Positions 46,361 to 54,479 of a DNA stretch of 64,000 nt are shown here, piece by piece; the stretch's first letter is position 1; every line of letters starts with the position of its first letter. The stretch comes from Parachlamydiales bacterium (GTDB lineage Bacteria > Chlamydiota > Chlamydiia > Chlamydiales > CALOCV01). The translations under genes and the position numbers were made by a program. Under the pieces are notes generated by a model. The model did not search any database and was not told where the DNA came from. It saw nothing but the letters and a program-made list of their open reading frames with translations. The stretch is from positions 47,762 to 111,761 of the forward strand of contig CALOCV010000015.1 of the NCBI GenBank assembly GCA_942491955.1, read 5' to 3'.

Positions 46361-46996
46361 ATGTTTACTGTGCAGTATTTTGATGAACAGGGAAATATGA
46401 CTATTCGTAGTGGTGGTACTCGAGCTTGGAGATGTAATAATCCTGGAAATCTTAGAAAAAGCACTTATAGTACAGGCAAGAACAGAAGATCTATAGGCGT
46501 TGCGGGTTTCGGAGAGGATTTTTATCCTGTTTATCCTGATTATGAAACTGGTCATGAAGCTTTAGTTGTCATGCTAAGGGGTTCTGTTTATTCTCCTCTT
46601 ACATTGCGCGCAGCTATAAAAAGATATGACAATACAAACCCTAATTATATTAATGAGATTGTCAAAATCACAAAATTTGACCCAGAGAGGACTATTGAAT
46701 CTCTAAGTGACAAGGAATTTGAGATATTTTGGAAAGCAATAGAATTCGTAGAGAAATGGAAAGAGGGCACCGAAGATTTTATCGAGAAATGGATAATTTT
46801 AGGTGTCCACAAGAAACGAGGTGTCATTTTCGAATATCTAGTTCGCAAATCTCCAAAAGATATGTGGATTACAAAAGAACAAGCAATTCAATTTGCATTA
46901 GAAGGAAGGCTTTATGCTGTAATTGTCCATCTGAAAAATGGAACGAATTATCTCCGTCCTAAATATAGAGAAAAGCCGTTTGAAATCATTGTATGA
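46361..46996 (+). CDS. Hypothetical protein (NNPGNLR motif N-terminal region; DUF3892-like C-terminus, low confidence)
   Basis: 211-aa ORF, AT-rich. C-terminal pattern WITKEQAIQFALEGRLYAVIVHLKNGTNYLRP. Confidence 0.5.
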   Translation: MFTVQYFDEQGNMTIRSGGTRAWRCNNPGNLRKSTYSTGKNRRSIGVAGFGEDFYPVYPDYETGHEALVVMLRGSVYSPLTLRAAIKRYDNTNPNYINEIVKITKFDPERTIESLSDKEFEIFWKAIEFVEKWKEGTEDFIEKWIILGVHKKRGVIFEYLVRKSPKDMWITKEQAIQFALEGRLYAVIVHLKNGTNYLRPKYREKPFEIIV

Positions 46997-47010
46997 GGTG
47001 GAAGTAACCG

Positions 47011-47604
47011 ATGAAATTTAGATCTCTAATACTTTTTTCTGCTTCTATTATCTTTATAGGATGTGAAAACAAAAAAAATGATTTAAACTCTATAAAGAAA
47101 GAATTTTTAAATAAAATTTTATTGTCGGAGATAGAAGAAAGTCCTTTCAATATGCATTACAGTATGAAAACTGTTTTTTTCTCAAAAGATCTTGTTAGCC
47201 TTTTTGGTGAAATCAATGTCTATGATTGTATGCCTCATGGTTGGAAGTGTTACGAAGGAAAGACTTATATCAAAATAAATGGGGAATTCAGGGAAATCGC
47301 TTTGGAGGATCTTTTTACATCTAACAAGCAAAAAGAATTTTTGCGAAGCTATTGTGAAAATTGCTTAAAAAGAGATTCTATGACCTATTTTGGAGGAGAT
47401 AATCCTCTTAAAGAAAAACTCGCTTCTGAAGATATCCAAACTTTTGTTATTGATGAACACTCTCTAAGTATTATTTTCCAACCTTATGTTGCTGTCAGCA
47501 GTGCTGATAGTCCCTGTATTATAAAAATTCCCTTAGAGGATCTTAAAGAACATTGGGACTCTGGGAATATTTTGTTTCCCTTCCTGCAAGAATTTAGTAA
47601 ATGA
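47011..47604 (+). CDS. Lipoprotein, DUF3298/RsiV-like fold candidate
   Basis: Lipobox LFSASIIFIGC. The patterns LVSLFGEINVYDCMPHG...IALEDLF...LSIIFQPYVAVSSA resemble DUF3298. Confidence 0.65.
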   Translation: MKFRSLILFSASIIFIGCENKKNDLNSIKKEFLNKILLSEIEESPFNMHYSMKTVFFSKDLVSLFGEINVYDCMPHGWKCYEGKTYIKINGEFREIALEDLFTSNKQKEFLRSYCENCLKRDSMTYFGGDNPLKEKLASEDIQTFVIDEHSLSIIFQPYVAVSSADSPCIIKIPLEDLKEHWDSGNILFPFLQEFSK

Positions 47605-47678
47605 TATCTAGTTCTAGAAAAGTTGTCTAAGCATTCATGGAACTGGAGTCTTTTGAGTAACATGATGGAAGTGAGGAA

Positions 47679-47957
47679 TTAGTCAGCATCTCCTCCGTCA
47701 CCCCCATTGCCTCCGATGCCATAGACGCTTCCACCTCCATTACCACCGTGGCCGCCATGTTGCCCATTTTTGCCGTCCTCTCCGTCTTCTCCATTCTCTC
47801 CATCTTCAAGATAGCTTGAAGAGCCATGTTCTCCGTCTTTTGTCCTGGAGGGTTGTTCAACATCATTGGAAATTCTTCTCGTTCCATAGGCATTTAATGA
47901 AGAAAATGTAATGAGCATACATCCAATGAGCATACAAAATAAATCAGTCATTTTCAT
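47679..47957 (-). CDS. Secreted Gly-rich repeat protein 3 (acidic: GEDGEDG...GGHGGNGGG...GGNGGDGGDAD)
   Basis: 92 aa. Signal-peptide-like N-terminus ending SSLNA|Y. RBS-like aaaggaa 10 nt upstream of the ATG. Confidence 0.65.
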   Translation of the reverse strand: MKMTDLFCMLIGCMLITFSSLNAYGTRRISNDVEQPSRTKDGEHGSSSYLEDGENGEDGEDGKNGQHGGHGGNGGGSVYGIGGNGGDGGDAD

Positions 47958-47981
47958 TTGTTAAAATTCCTTTTAATAGGG

Positions 47982-48299
47982 TTACTTGCTTTTACCGTCT
48001 TGTCCGTCACTGCCATTGCCAGCGGGTCCTCTGCCTCCCATGCCGCCTAAGCCCCCGCCTTGCGAGCCATCTCCACCGTTTCCTCCATTGCCACCCCTGC
48101 CATATTGGCTATCTCCTCCATTACCGCCGTGGCCGCCACGCCCAGAATTGCTGTTCCCGCCATTCCCTCCGTTACCACCATCCTCATGAATGCTATTTCC
48201 CCCATGGCCACCATTACCTCCATCTCTTGCATGCAATGCTATTGTTGCGTTCATGAAAACAACCAAAGAAAGCAAAATTTTTAGAGTCATATTTTTCAT
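47982..48299 (-). CDS. Secreted Gly-Asn-His repeat protein 2
   Basis: 105 aa. Signal peptide MKNMTLKILLSLVVFMNATIALHA, then GGNGGHGGNS...GGNGGNGGNSNSGRGGHGGNGGDSQYGRGGNGGNGGDG. The start overlaps the upstream gene's stop (ATGA). Confidence 0.7.
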   Translation of the reverse strand: MKNMTLKILLSLVVFMNATIALHARDGGNGGHGGNSIHEDGGNGGNGGNSNSGRGGHGGNGGDSQYGRGGNGGNGGDGSQGGGLGGMGGRGPAGNGSDGQDGKSK

Positions 48300-48526
48300 C
48301 CCGCATCTCCTCCATGACCGCCATTACCACCGCTAACTCCTCCATGTCCGCCGTTGCCACCATGTCCTCCATTGCCAGAACCACTATTCCCGCCATTACC
48401 ACCATTGCCTGCGCTTCCAGGAGAATGACCTCCATGACCACCATTCCCTCCATTAGCAGCTTGTAAATCTGCTGCTAATAACAACGCCAATAAAGAAAAG
48501 ATTAACAAAATTTTTCTCGATTTCAT
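48296..48526 (-). CDS. Secreted Gly-Asn-His repeat protein 1
   Basis: 76 aa. Signal peptide MKSRKILLIFSLLALLLAADLQA, then ANGGNGGHGGHSPGSAGNGGNGGNSGSGNGGHGGNGGHGGVSGGNGGHGGDAG. RBS aagggag 7 nt upstream. Confidence 0.7.
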   Translation of the reverse strand: MKSRKILLIFSLLALLLAADLQAANGGNGGHGGHSPGSAGNGGNGGNSGSGNGGHGGNGGHGGVSGGNGGHGGDAG

Positions 48527-48593
48527 GAGCTACTCCCTTTTATAGCACAAGTGAACGGACGGTAGCATTTTTAGGAATTGTTTTCTATATTTC

Positions 48594-49064
48594 ATGAATT
48601 CATCAATCCGGATGAAATTGCGTGAACAAATAACCTCATTCACTTCTATTTTTGTAGTCGTTGTAGCTCTTTTGGGCAGTGTCGTTTATAGTTTGATTCC
48701 CATATCAAATCAATTTTTTCTTGCTGTTGGAGTCTTTTCTTTTACGATGGGCCTTTTTAACCTAATGCAAATCTCCACAGGGGTTCTGATCCAGAATCAA
48801 TTGCAGGACGAAAACAGAATGCTTACTACAAAGCAAGTTTCATTTTACTCTCGAATAGGAATGATTACTTCCCTTATTGTTCTCCATTGGTTGTTTGCAT
48901 GGAATTGGGGGATCATTGATATCTATGGGTTATACGGGAGGATAGGCGTTTGTATTTTTGGTTTGATTCTAGGATGGATGGGGATAAAAAAATGGCTGGG
49001 CAAACGACATGCGCTTGTTAATGAGCGAAAGGCAACCTCACTGAATGTAGGAGAATCGAGATGA
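48594..49064 (+). CDS. Small 4-TM membrane protein, unknown function
   Basis: 156 aa with four hydrophobic helices. Its stop overlaps the start of the next gene (ATGA). Confidence 0.6.
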   Translation: MNSSIRMKLREQITSFTSIFVVVVALLGSVVYSLIPISNQFFLAVGVFSFTMGLFNLMQISTGVLIQNQLQDENRMLTTKQVSFYSRIGMITSLIVLHWLFAWNWGIIDIYGLYGRIGVCIFGLILGWMGIKKWLGKRHALVNERKATSLNVGESR

Positions 49065-50065
49065 CAACAGAAGGAGAGAGGCTCTTTCCTGAAAAATTAC
49101 GACCGGGTGATGAGGTCCGTGTAATAGCACCTTCGAGGAGTATGGGGATTATTTCTCATTCTGTCCGTTCGCTGGCGAAACAGCGTTTAGAGGATATGGG
49201 GCTTATGGTGAGTTTTTCAAAGCATTGCGAGGAAAGGGACAGTCTTGACTCTTCTGCCATTTCGTCGCGGTTGGAGGATCTACACGAAGCATTTGCAGAC
49301 AAGAATGTCAAAGGCGTTTTGACTACGATTGGTGGATTCAACTCCATCCATTTGCTTAAGGGAATTGACTACCGGTTAATCCACGAGAATCCGAAAATCC
49401 TGTGTGGCTACTCGGATATTACAACGTTGCAGAATGCGCTCTTTGCAAAAATAAATCTTGTTACTTACTCGGGTCCGCATTTTTCGACTTTCGGTTGCCT
49501 TAAGGGGATGGACTATGTGGTCGAATATTTTAGAAAGTGTCTTCTCTTGGAAGAGAAGGAGATCACGCTGCTCCCTTCCGACTTATGGAGTGATGATGAG
49601 CAATGGTATCTCGACCAGGAAAAACGTACGTTTTTTCCGAATGGTGGTTATTTTCCACTTAACACAGGGACTGCTTCTGGAATGGTGATAGGAGGTAATA
49701 TTGATTCGTTCATGGTTTTACAGGGGACAGAGTTCATGCCTTCTCTTAAGGGGACAATTTTGTTCTTAGAAGATAACTTTCCCCTGACTGCGGAAGTGCT
49801 TGACAGACAACTCCATTCGCTTGTTTTGCAAAAGGAATTTGCCTATGTCAGAGGGATTGTCTTTGGGCGTTTTCAAAAAGCGTCAAAGATTACACCAAAT
49901 CTATTGCGAGAAATTGTGCAAAAAGAGGAAGAGCTGCAAGGTATTCCCATCATCGGAGGAGTTGACTTTGGTCATACCCTTCCCATCTTCACATATCCTA
50001 TCGGAGGAGATGTGAAGTTAAAAGTGACTTCAGAAGATATTGCAATCACTTTAACAAAAAAATAA
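49061..50065 (+). CDS. S66-family LD-carboxypeptidase (LdcA / microcin C7 immunity MccF-like)
   Basis: 334 aa. LRPGDEVRVIAPS, nucleophile region ILCGYSDITTLQNAL, and C-terminal GGVDFGHTLPIFTYPIGG. Confidence 0.85.
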   Translation: MTTEGERLFPEKLRPGDEVRVIAPSRSMGIISHSVRSLAKQRLEDMGLMVSFSKHCEERDSLDSSAISSRLEDLHEAFADKNVKGVLTTIGGFNSIHLLKGIDYRLIHENPKILCGYSDITTLQNALFAKINLVTYSGPHFSTFGCLKGMDYVVEYFRKCLLLEEKEITLLPSDLWSDDEQWYLDQEKRTFFPNGGYFPLNTGTASGMVIGGNIDSFMVLQGTEFMPSLKGTILFLEDNFPLTAEVLDRQLHSLVLQKEFAYVRGIVFGRFQKASKITPNLLREIVQKEEELQGIPIIGGVDFGHTLPIFTYPIGGDVKLKVTSEDIAITLTKK

Positions 50066-50114
50066 GGCGAGTCCCTTTGCTGAGTATGCATAATTATTCA
50101 TTAGATTTTGATTA

Positions 50115-50375
50115 GGAGTGCCTATTGAGACGAGCAAATTGAAACGTCCGCGCAAAAGGAAGACCTAGGAGTACTTTGGATATGTCGGCTGAGAAATTAC
50201 GCAAATTTTATGTACTTGGCCACAAACAAGTGGAGCAAAAGGGCACAATCCAGCATAATAGTTTGTTTGAAACACTTTGATTTTGCTGTGATTCTGTGTT
50301 CTTGCTTGCTAGGGATAGCAGAAAGAGATCCGACAGTAAATTCTTGGTCTTGGTTGGTTTGAGGCCTACAGAGGA
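50115..50375 (+). repeat. att-like repeat block R1: tail of small gene + ttacgcaaattttatgtacttg motif + degenerate tRNA-Tyr 3' fragment
   Basis: Collinear with 54095-54365. Ends in ccgacagtaaattcttggtcttggttggtttgagg, compared with tRNA ggactgtaaatccctcgacttcggtcttcgtcagttcgag. Confidence 0.6.
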
Positions 50376-50496
50376 AAAGGATTGGGTTCTGGATTTCTAC
50401 TTGGTTTGTTCTATAACAAATAGTTGACATCAATGATTAAACAGTTTTCCTTAGTAAAAGGCCTTACAGAGTTTGCCTTACCGTTCTTAAAATGAA

Positions 50497-51897
50497 ATGA
50501 ATCAACAAAAAAAAGCAGCTTTCATGGTTTGTGGCACCCACAGTGGTGTAGGTAAGACAACAGCGAGTTTCGTTATTTTATCTCTTCTTAAAGAAAAAAG
50601 ATATACAGTCCAGCCATTCAAACAAGGACCCGATTTTATCGATCCAGGTTATCATCAGTTTGTTACAGGGAAAAATTCGATAAACTTGGATTTTTGGATG
50701 ATGAGGCGAAAAGAAATCATCAACAGCTTTCACGAGGCTATGCAAGATGCTGAAATAGGAGTTGTTGAGGGAATGGGAGCTATCTTCGATGGTCATAACG
50801 GAACATATGAAGGGTGTGGAGCTGATTTGGCCTCTTTACTTTCGATTTCGATGGTACTTGTGGTCGATGTTTCTGGGATGACACGAAGTGTTAATGCACT
50901 TTTACAAGGATTTATCGACTATCTTCCTTCTCTTTCCATTGTAGGTATTCTTTTTAATCGTGTAGGAAGCAAAAAACACTATGAAATGATTCTTGATACT
51001 TTATCTCCTCGATTTCGTTCGTTATCTATCGGTTATCTCCTCAATTTTCATTCTGCAAATATTCCTGAAAGACATCTGGGTTTGCTTACTATTGAAGAAA
51101 ACCAGCAAATGCAAGAAATCATGAAACCATATCTCGAGCTCGCAAGAAGCACTCTTGCACTAGATTCTCTTCTTCAAAAAATTCTTCCTTTAAAAAATGC
51201 GATCATCAAAAGAAAGGCGAGCTCTGTAAAAAAAAATCATATACGTATAGGAATTGCTCGAGACAAGGCCTTTTGTTTTTACTATCAAAAAAATTTAGAA
51301 ATTTTGGAGAGAAGTGGAGCCGCTCTTGTTGATTTTAGTCCTATAAATGACACAACTCTTCCAGATGATATTGATGCACTCTATTTAGGAGGGGGGTATC
51401 CAGAAATATTTGCCAAAGAATTAGAAGAAAACCAGACCTTAAAATCGCAAATTGTAAAAAGGGCTGATGCAGGAATGCCCATTTATGCTGAGTGTGGTGG
51501 ATTTATTTTCCTTTGTAAGACACTCATGTTAGATGATTCGACGAGTTATTTGATGGCAGGAGTGTTTCCTTATACGATTCGATGGGACAAAACATTTCTT
51601 GCGATTAAATATGTGAGAGTGAGAACAACACGCGGAACGATACTTGGTCCTAAGAATACTTTCGTCCAAGGCCAAGAATTTCACCAGACACGCGTAGAGA
51701 AGCCAACCGCAGAATATTGTGGCTCTTATGAAGTGACGAGCTCTACTCAGGAACATTTTTTTGAGGGATATTGTACAAAAAATGTGTTAGGCGGCTATAT
51801 TCACCTCTACTTTCCTTCCAATCCGAAGATAGTAGAAAATTTTATAAAAAAAGGTGCTCTTTATCGAAGACGAAGGCATGCTTTATCATTTTCTTAA
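50497..51897 (+). CDS. CbiA/CobB-family ATP-dependent amidotransferase (cobyrinic acid a,c-diamide synthase-like)
   Basis: 466 aa. P-loop GTHSGVGKTT, ERHLGL, ARDKAFCFYY, GGGYPE, and GATase Cys in AECGGFIF. Confidence 0.85.
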   Translation: MNQQKKAAFMVCGTHSGVGKTTASFVILSLLKEKRYTVQPFKQGPDFIDPGYHQFVTGKNSINLDFWMMRRKEIINSFHEAMQDAEIGVVEGMGAIFDGHNGTYEGCGADLASLLSISMVLVVDVSGMTRSVNALLQGFIDYLPSLSIVGILFNRVGSKKHYEMILDTLSPRFRSLSIGYLLNFHSANIPERHLGLLTIEENQQMQEIMKPYLELARSTLALDSLLQKILPLKNAIIKRKASSVKKNHIRIGIARDKAFCFYYQKNLEILERSGAALVDFSPINDTTLPDDIDALYLGGGYPEIFAKELEENQTLKSQIVKRADAGMPIYAECGGFIFLCKTLMLDDSTSYLMAGVFPYTIRWDKTFLAIKYVRVRTTRGTILGPKNTFVQGQEFHQTRVEKPTAEYCGSYEVTSSTQEHFFEGYCTKNVLGGYIHLYFPSNPKIVENFIKKGALYRRRRHALSFS

Positions 51898-53023
51898 TCG
51901 AAAAGTCATTTTTTTATTCGTTTTTTGTTTTCCAGTACAGGATGTTTGGAGCATTGAAGAAAAAGTAAAGGTTGCTGTTGTTCATTTTAAACCAGACCAT
52001 AGAGAGGTTGAAGCCAATATCAACCGATTAGTACATTTAGCGGAAGAAGCTGGGAATAATGGTGCTAAAATTGTTGTGTTTCCAGAGCTTGCAACATCAG
52101 GTTATTCCTATTTTAACAGGAATCAGATACGCGAAGTCGCTGAAGAATTTCCAGGGGAGACGACAAAAAGTCTTGGCCGGGTAGCAAAAAAATATGGATT
52201 ATACATTGTTGTCGGAGTTCCAGAGTATAGCAGTTTGACAAATCTTTTTTACAATTCTTGCGCTCTTATTGATCCCTATGGAGAGATTGTTGGTATATCT
52301 CGAAAACACTCTCATTTAATGGAATCTTGTTGGTGTGCTTCAGGAAATGGACATGTTCCTATTTTTGACACAATATATGGAAAAATAGCCATTTTGATTT
52401 GTGCAGATTTACATTTCTCTGATCTCGCAATCCAAGTATTTCGTGAAGATGTCCTGTTTTTGATTGCACCGACAAATGCAGGGGTGAGCACAGATTTGTT
52501 GAAGGCTAGAGCTGTTGAAGGTCGCTGTCATCTTCTTCTTTCTAATCGCTATGGAAATGAAAAAGAAGCTTTTTCAAGTATAGAGAAATCAGAACAGTTC
52601 AATGAGGACACTTTAACGATAATTCCTCCTTTTCCGTATGATTTTCAAGATGGGAAAAGTGTGATTGTGGATATGCAAGGTCAGATACAAGTCATGATCG
52701 AAGATCCCTATGATTCTATTGGTTATTGTGAACTTTTTTTTAAGGATAGGCCAAAAGAGACTGTAGTGAGAAGATCTGACTTGGATGTTATTTTAGAAAA
52801 ATCAATTATTGTCAATTCAAGGCGGTTCCAAAAGGAAGAAAAATCTTCTGAAAACTATGTTAAAGGAGGAATGGAAGCAGATTCTGATGGCAATGTCAAG
52901 GCATATGGAGAATTGGGAAGAACAACCACAGACAAAGATTCTAGTGACACGATAACGCTGTCAGGAGAGATTGATTCAGACGGAAATTATGCTGTGCGGG
53001 GAGAATATAAAAGTACTTGGTAA
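51878..53023 (+). CDS. Nitrilase-superfamily carbon-nitrogen hydrolase with N-terminal signal/anchor and ~100-aa C-terminal extension
   Basis: Glu-Lys-Cys triad contexts VFPELATSGY, ISRKHSHLM, ILICADLHF. The start was moved to the internal MLYHFLNRKVIFLFVFCF (track start 51854). Confidence 0.8.
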   Translation: MLYHFLNRKVIFLFVFCFPVQDVWSIEEKVKVAVVHFKPDHREVEANINRLVHLAEEAGNNGAKIVVFPELATSGYSYFNRNQIREVAEEFPGETTKSLGRVAKKYGLYIVVGVPEYSSLTNLFYNSCALIDPYGEIVGISRKHSHLMESCWCASGNGHVPIFDTIYGKIAILICADLHFSDLAIQVFREDVLFLIAPTNAGVSTDLLKARAVEGRCHLLLSNRYGNEKEAFSSIEKSEQFNEDTLTIIPPFPYDFQDGKSVIVDMQGQIQVMIEDPYDSIGYCELFFKDRPKETVVRRSDLDVILEKSIIVNSRRFQKEEKSSENYVKGGMEADSDGNVKAYGELGRTTTDKDSSDTITLSGEIDSDGNYAVRGEYKSTW

Positions 53024-53024
53024 T

Positions 53025-53891
53025 ATGTATCGATTGATTGCTGCTCTGCTTGTTGTATTCGTTCTATGGATCCATTCAAATCTTAACGGAATAACAAAAA
53101 TATCATTTAATGTTGATAAAGCCGGTATGCCTTTTTTTGAAGGTTGTCTTGAAGGTAAAACATTTCCCGTATGGTTTGACTTTGGATCCGCATCTTCTCA
53201 TTTCAGGTCTGAAAAGGTGTCAGGTAATGTTAAACAAAAACTTACATCCGAAGCACGACTTGTAAATAATATTACGGGAGAAAAAGAAACTCATACCGAA
53301 TGGAAAATACAAGGATTGCAAATCAATGGATATACTATTCCGTTTATTATTGCAATAGAACAAACAGAAGATTGTCATTATTTTTCTGTGAATTCGGAAA
53401 ATGATATTTCACAACTTTCTGGTACAGAGCCTTATCCACCTATTGTATTAGGTAATCCTGTTTTTGCTCAAACTCCTTTTCTTCTTGATCTTATGAACAA
53501 AGAAATGATTATTTATGAAGAAAATGATTCATATGTTGAAATGATTCAGGGATGGGTGGAACTTCCTTTAAAAAAAGAAAGAGGAATGTATGTTGTTGTC
53601 TTAAAGAATGAAGATACGCCTTTATTACTTTGCGTAGATACGGGTTCTACTGTGAATATGTTTTTTAATAAAGAGGAGAAGAGTAATAAGAACTTTCTTC
53701 TCAAAAAGACGGATATTCATATGTTGAAATACCAGGATTTTCTATTGGACGTCGGATTTTTTTATCAAATGTCAAGAGAGGATGATTCTGCGATCAGCGG
53801 AGTTCTTGGAGCTCCTTTTTTTAAAAACAGACCCGTATTGATTGATTGTAAGAAGGAAAAAATGTTTTTCCCATTAACAAGTCAATCTTGA
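53025..53891 (+). CDS. Secreted protein with two retropepsin-like half-domains (DFGS and DTGS motifs); putative pseudo-dimeric aspartic protease
   Basis: Signal peptide MYRLIAALLVVFVLWIHS. Motifs FPVWFDFGSASSHF and LLLCVDTGSTVNMFF sit about 160 aa apart. The start was moved to the ATG 2 nt after the upstream stop. Confidence 0.45.
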   Translation: MYRLIAALLVVFVLWIHSNLNGITKISFNVDKAGMPFFEGCLEGKTFPVWFDFGSASSHFRSEKVSGNVKQKLTSEARLVNNITGEKETHTEWKIQGLQINGYTIPFIIAIEQTEDCHYFSVNSENDISQLSGTEPYPPIVLGNPVFAQTPFLLDLMNKEMIIYEENDSYVEMIQGWVELPLKKERGMYVVVLKNEDTPLLLCVDTGSTVNMFFNKEEKSNKNFLLKKTDIHMLKYQDFLLDVGFFYQMSREDDSAISGVLGAPFFKNRPVLIDCKKEKMFFPLTSQS

Positions 53892-53919
53892 GATCTTGCA
53901 ATGAATATTTGGAAGCAGA

Positions 53920-54147
53920 TTGAGAGAGGTTATTATGGCGGATAAAGAAAAGCAAGACATTCATAAGATTCTATTGGCTGCCCACAAACGAGGCGTGCAG
54001 CAGGCGATTGATCTCTCGATCCGCACGGGCGTGCCGCTTGTCATAGAAAAGAATGGGAAGATTATTGAAATACCACCAAAGTACAAATACATTCGGGTGC
54101 CCATTGAGGCGGACAAGCCTAAGCGTCCGCACAAAAGGAAGACCTAG
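53920..54147 (+). CDS. Small protein with basic tail (KPKRPHKRKT) at the distal end of an island module
   Basis: 75-aa ORF. Its 3' end is duplicated as a remnant at about 50115-50170 (PIETSKLKRPRKRKT*). Confidence 0.5.
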   Translation: MREVIMADKEKQDIHKILLAAHKRGVQQAIDLSIRTGVPLVIEKNGKIIEIPPKYKYIRVPIEADKPKRPHKRKT

Positions 54148-54365
54148 GAATTTCTTGGATATGTCGGCTGAGAAATTTACGCAAATTTTACGCACTTGGC
54201 CACAAACAAGTGGAGCAAAAGGGCACAATTCAGCACAATAGAGTCTTTCGAAAAGGATTGATTTTGCTGTGCTTATGTGCTCTTGTTTGCTGCGGTCTAT
54301 AGAAAGAGAACCGACTGTAAATCCCTCGACTTCGGTCTTCGTTGGTTCGAGTCCAATCGCCCCCA
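54095..54365 (+). repeat. att-like repeat block R2 ending in a 53-nt near-perfect copy of the tRNA-Tyr 3' part
   Basis: 54313-54365 gactgtaaatccctcgacttcggtcttcgttggttcgagtccaatcgccccca, compared with tRNA 44336-44388. The T-stem differences are compensatory (gtcag/ctgac -> gttgg/ccaat). Confidence 0.75.
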
Positions 54366-54479
54366 AAAAGGACAAGGGACATAAAGGACCTAAGGGACCT
54401 AAAAAAAGAGACCAAAGGGACAATGTTTCAGTTTGGTGTCTCTTTGGTCCTTTTCGTCCCTTAAGTCCCTTTTAGTACG

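Noticed and set aside
47986-48284. Plus-strand Pro-rich ORFs (PPLPPLP...) and other alternative frames across the Gly-repeat genes
   Set aside because: They are mirror images of GGN-GGN codon repeats. They lack signal peptides, RBS-like sequences and coupling. The minus-strand frames each start with a credible signal peptide.
53971-54423. 150-aa minus-strand ORF (and its look-alike at 50197-50433)
   Set aside because: Both run across the att-like repeat blocks and tRNA-derived remnants. Their similarity is explained by non-coding DNA repeats, and the plus-strand small gene 53920-54147 is the better candidate.
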